Below, piece after piece: positions 60,439 through 64,000 of a stretch of DNA of 64,000 nucleotides. The DNA comes from Moniliella sp. 'wahieum'. Taxonomy: Eukaryota. A program made the translations under genes and the position numbers. The notes beneath the pieces were generated by a model that had not been told where the DNA came from, did no database searches, and worked only from the letters and a program-made list of their open reading frames with translations. The first letter of the stretch is position 1. Every line of letters begins with the position of its first letter. Location: NCBI GenBank assembly GCA_003971905.1, contig RSEE01000124.1:62001-126000 (forward strand), given 5' to 3'.

Positions 60439-61071
60439 ATGTCGCCCCACCACGCTCCCAAAGTCATTGCCGTCGTCGGCGCCTCGGGCCGGGCCGGGTC
60501 GGAGATTGTAAAAGAATTTGCGGCACGTGGCCACAAAGTGATTGCGATTGCGCGTTCGGTGGCCCGCATCCCTACGGGTCCCGGGATCGTGCCGACAGAA
60601 GGCGATGCGTCGGATCCGGCATCGTTGACACCGTTGTTGGAAGGTGCCAGTGCGCTGGTGAGCGCGATGCGGTTCGATGTGCCGGTGGAAACGTTGTTGG
60701 AGGCGATGGCGCCCGTAGGGATCAACCGGTTGCTGGTGATTGGCGGTGCGGCGGCGTTGTATGTCGAGCCCGGGATGCGGATGATTGATATGCCCGACTT
60801 TGATCCCGAGTTCAAGCAGTACGTTTGCAAGGGAGTCCAGTGGATTGATGTGTTGGAGTCCACGCCTGCGTCGTTGGACTGGACGTACTTTGCGCCTCCC
60901 AATGCGTTTGGTCCGGGCCCGCGCCTCGGTCGTTTCCGTCTCGGCCACGACAAACTCGTTACCGACGAGTGTGGTGAGTCATCCCTCAGCATGGCCGACG
61001 CTGCGATTGCCATTGCCGATGCGATCGAGAAAGATCTGCACCGCCGCCAAGTTTTCACCGCGGCCTACTAA
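60439..61071 (+). CDS. NAD(P)-dependent oxidoreductase, bacterial COG2910/YwnB (atypical SDR, biliverdin reductase B-like) type
   Basis: IAVVGASGRAGSEIVKEFAARGHKVIAIAR, RLLVIGGAAAL, LDWTYFAPP, GPRLGRFRLGHDKL, SLSMADAAIAIADAIEK..HRRQVFTAAY*. Confidence 0.88.
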   Translation: MSPHHAPKVIAVVGASGRAGSEIVKEFAARGHKVIAIARSVARIPTGPGIVPTEGDASDPASLTPLLEGASALVSAMRFDVPVETLLEAMAPVGINRLLVIGGAAALYVEPGMRMIDMPDFDPEFKQYVCKGVQWIDVLESTPASLDWTYFAPPNAFGPGPRLGRFRLGHDKLVTDECGESSLSMADAAIAIADAIEKDLHRRQVFTAAY

Positions 61072-61300
61072 GCGGGCCAACTGTTAGCTATCCTGTGTGG
61101 TATGGCTCGTACATCCACCGCGCCCTGTTATTCCCCCACCTCTCTTATCTATATTGTAGCAGCCTCTTCATTAGCTTCCCTCCTATAGTCGCAGTGTGTT
61201 AATAAGTCAATGTGTCCTTATAATGACTGCTTGCAAGCTTCAAGCTTCCCGACACCCAAATAACGAATGACACCAGGAGTTCCCCCTAGACAACCATGTA

Positions 61301-62803
61301 CTAACTAACCCATGTGCGAGGTGAGTTACTTCGCAAGGGGAGGGACGGCAACCGCAGCTGGCGCCGCCTTGCCGGCTTTGCTTCCGCAGGACCTTTGCGT
61401 CCGCGACCGCGAGGCTTCCGCGGCGCCGACGCGTCCGAGGCCTTGCCGGGACCCGACGCCTTGCTTGCACTCGACGCCTTGCCTGCACCCGACACCTTGC
61501 TTGCACCCGAAGCCCTGCCTGCACCCGACGCCTTGCCTGCACCCGCTGCAGCCGAGCGGTCCTGACGCGGCCTGCGGCTGGACGGCCGCGGCGGGCGATC
61601 CTGCTCCTCCTCAGTGGGAGGTGGGAGCTGGTACACGGACGGGGGTGGCCGTGGCATTTCGGGAATGGTTTGGCCGATCAACCTCTCGATCGACTTTAAG
61701 TTGGGGACGTCGTCCTGGGAAACCAAGGAGACGGCGCTTCCCTCTGCGCCTGCGCGGGCAGTGCGACCGATCCGATGCACGTACTGTTCTGCACGTCGGG
61801 CAGGGCGACATTGACCACGTGCGAGACACCCTGAACGTCGATCCCGCGCGCGGCGATATCCGTTGCGCACAGGACGCGTACCTGGCCCGTTTTGAATCCC
61901 TCGAGGGCGGCCTGGCGAGCGGTCTGGGACTTGTTCCCGTGGATGGCAGCGGCCGAGATGGAGGCCTTTTGGAGCGTAGCAGCAAACTTGTTGGCCTGGT
62001 GCTTCATCTCGGTAAAGAGGATGACACGGCTGAATGCCGGGTCAGAGGCAAATCGACAGCCAATTGTCGCTTCTCCTTCTGGCCACAAAGATGACGTTCT
62101 GCTTAATCTTTTCCGCCGTCGTGGCAGCTGGGGTGACCTCGACCCGAACAGGGTCGGGCCGGAGAAGGGTGTGAGCCAACTGGGCCACCTTCGGGGGCAT
62201 AGTAGCCGAAAAAAAGTAATTTTGCCGTTCCGACGCCGGCGGTAACTGAGCAACGATCCTGCGCACATCATGAATGAACCCCATATCCAACATCCGATCC
62301 GCTTCGTCCAGAACAAACGTTTCGACCTGGTCGAAACGAACGTAGCCTTGGCCGTGCAGGTCAAGCAGGCGACCGGGCGTAGCAATCAAAACGTCCAGCC
62401 CACCCTGCAAGGCGGTCGTCTGAGGCTTTTGGCCGACGCCACCGTAAATGACAGCGTGATGGATGCTCGATGGGCCTGAGCTGGGCAAGTGTTGGCTGTA
62501 CTTGGCGATGGAACGGTCAATCTGGATGGCAAGCTCGCGGGTTGGGGTGACAATGAGGGCACGGAAAGCGTTGGTTACGCGCTTGACTGGGTGGGTGGAG
62601 AGACGCTGAAGGATGGGGAGAGTAAAGGCAGCAGTCTTGCCCGTACCGGTCTGGGCAATCCCCAATAAATCTTGGCCCGCTAGCGCAACGGGGATCGCCT
62701 GGGCCTGGATGGGGGTCGGATGGACGTACCCAGCCATGGCAAGCGCCTGTTGCAGCTCGGGCCGCAGCCCGAGGCGGGCGGTAAACTTGGTCGCGGTGTT
62801 CAT
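61301..62803 (-). CDS. DEAD-box RNA helicase of bacterial RhlE type, intronless
   Basis: [132 protein letters not shown]. Confidence 0.93.
61428..61545 (-). repeat. 18-bp tandem repeat encoding ~6 copies of GA(G/S)KAS in the helicase tail
   Basis: gacgccttgcctgcaccc variants; protein [36 protein letters not shown]. Confidence 0.85.
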
Positions 62804-64000
62804 GGGCGGCTGAGGGGGTGAGTGATGGAGGGAGGCCAAAGAAGAAACACAAAGAAGAAATCCAAGGCCTGCTCTGCCCGGCGGAAGAAAGGAGGGGGGC
62901 AGCCCTACGTGGACGACGGCACAAGTGGAGTCCATTCCATCGATCGGTGCAGACAAAACTTGCACTTTTCTTTCAACTTTCAAAAGACGGGCTTCAAAGA
63001 TTCAACGTGTTGTTTGTTTCCTGCCATGGTGGAAGCCCTGTTCAACATGGTGGACTTGACCGAATATAGTTAGTAGCGGTGTGCTGCTGCCACACTTCAA
63101 AGGGCTGATCGCACCCAATGGACGGGTTGGAGCAGGTGGAAGCTTCAGGAGCTGTTGGCCTGGTAGCGGCGATGCTGCTGGAGTGAAACAACGGTCACCG
63201 CACACTAAAAAAGACGTGACACAACATGTGTTGGGCTGTGCGTACACCGCCGGAGAACCAAGAGGCCAACACCACACGGCCATCCTGGCAGCCAGCGCGA
63301 AATTAAAGAGAACGTTTGGGGTGAAAAGCGGTGCAGAAGCCTGAGGGACAAGAGCAACACTCCTTGGCCCCGCCCTAGCAGCTTGAATCAGGAGCTTCAA
63401 TAAGCTTCAAGCTTGAGCGCGCGGTCAATCTCAGGCCAGCCCCCTTGCGGTGCCGACAAAACGAGGAGTTATATACGGTTTTACCTTGTAGGCATTGTCC
63501 GGACTTTTATATGCTTCTACTGTAAGAGGCAGATAGGGGCTCTTTAGTATAGGTGGTTTGTATGATACAAGACCACTAACTACTTACTAACGTCCGGTGG
63601 GCTCGCTGGTGATCCAGATTGAGCATCTCGATACGTCTGATGCATCTCTTCTCCTTTTTAGACCGCGGTCTGGACAGTCCGGTCCGTGTGTCGTCTTGTC
63701 CCCATGTTTTTGGCCTGCTGCGCCCAGCTTGTGCTACAGAGCCATGTGGAGCCTTGCATGGACGCTTTTTAGCCTATTAGGCTTTCTGCCTAAGGCAACA
63801 ATGGCCTTTAAGCGCTATAAGCCGCTGTTGAATCGATCGCTCCCGGGCGGCATACCTCTCTCCTACTACATCCTGTGGGGCATTGGACTAGCTCTAGGGA
63901 CCATATCTCGCTCGTGTACAAACAATCTCTGTTCTCTACAACTTGCGAGGACCTGACCCAGTCATCAGTCACAAACAGTAACTTTACTAGTCAATGTTCA

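Noticed and set aside
3064..62803. Frequent frameshifts in CSE1, VMA13, CCT8, IFM1, RPL18, CDC7 and others as programmed frameshifting or mass pseudogenisation
   Set aside because: They affect essential genes whose protein sequence is otherwise well conserved, often at homopolymer or GC runs. Best explained as long-read indel errors
60375..62803. Bacterial contaminant contig mis-joined to the fungal scaffold
   Set aside because: Flanks have a TATA box, a spliceosomal intron, C/T-rich UTRs and the host heptamer motif, with no operon structure. Read-level confirmation is still desirable

Overview
Gene-dense, GC-rich eukaryotic DNA from a fungus, most likely a basidiomycete of the smut/Ustilaginomycotina type. 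This is inferred from protein similarity, few short introns, GTACGT/GTATGT donors and CTAAC/CTGAC branch points. Essential genes carry many single-base frameshifts, consistent with an unpolished long-read assembly, so frameshifts alone are not treated as biology. Housekeeping genes in order: PCH2 (3' part), DAM1, CSE1, RNH1, VMA13, MRF1, CCT8, cyanase, PRO3, mitochondrial rhomboid, IFM1, enoyl-CoA isomerase, ARS2/SERRATE, a non-canonical TIM-family isomerase, peroxisomal ANT1, RPL18, a mucin-like membrane protein, a Cys-repeat protein and CDC7. Main oddities: (1) a convergent pair of bacterial-type genes (RhlE-like DEAD-box helicase and COG2910-type NAD(P)-binding oxidoreductase), the latter with a fungal TATA box and 5'-UTR intron, suggesting domesticated horizontal transfer; (2) truncated or decayed relics of conserved genes in intergenic DNA (aspartokinase lacking its N-terminus, a JEN1 5' stub, an ERG26 3' stub, a divergent ERD2-like copy), as expected from reciprocal gene loss after duplication or hybridisation; (3) a recurrent intergenic heptamer TCAAGCT/AGCTTGA; (4) an ~8 kb lower-GC gene desert. 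All gene identities come from motif recognition by eye; no database searches were run.
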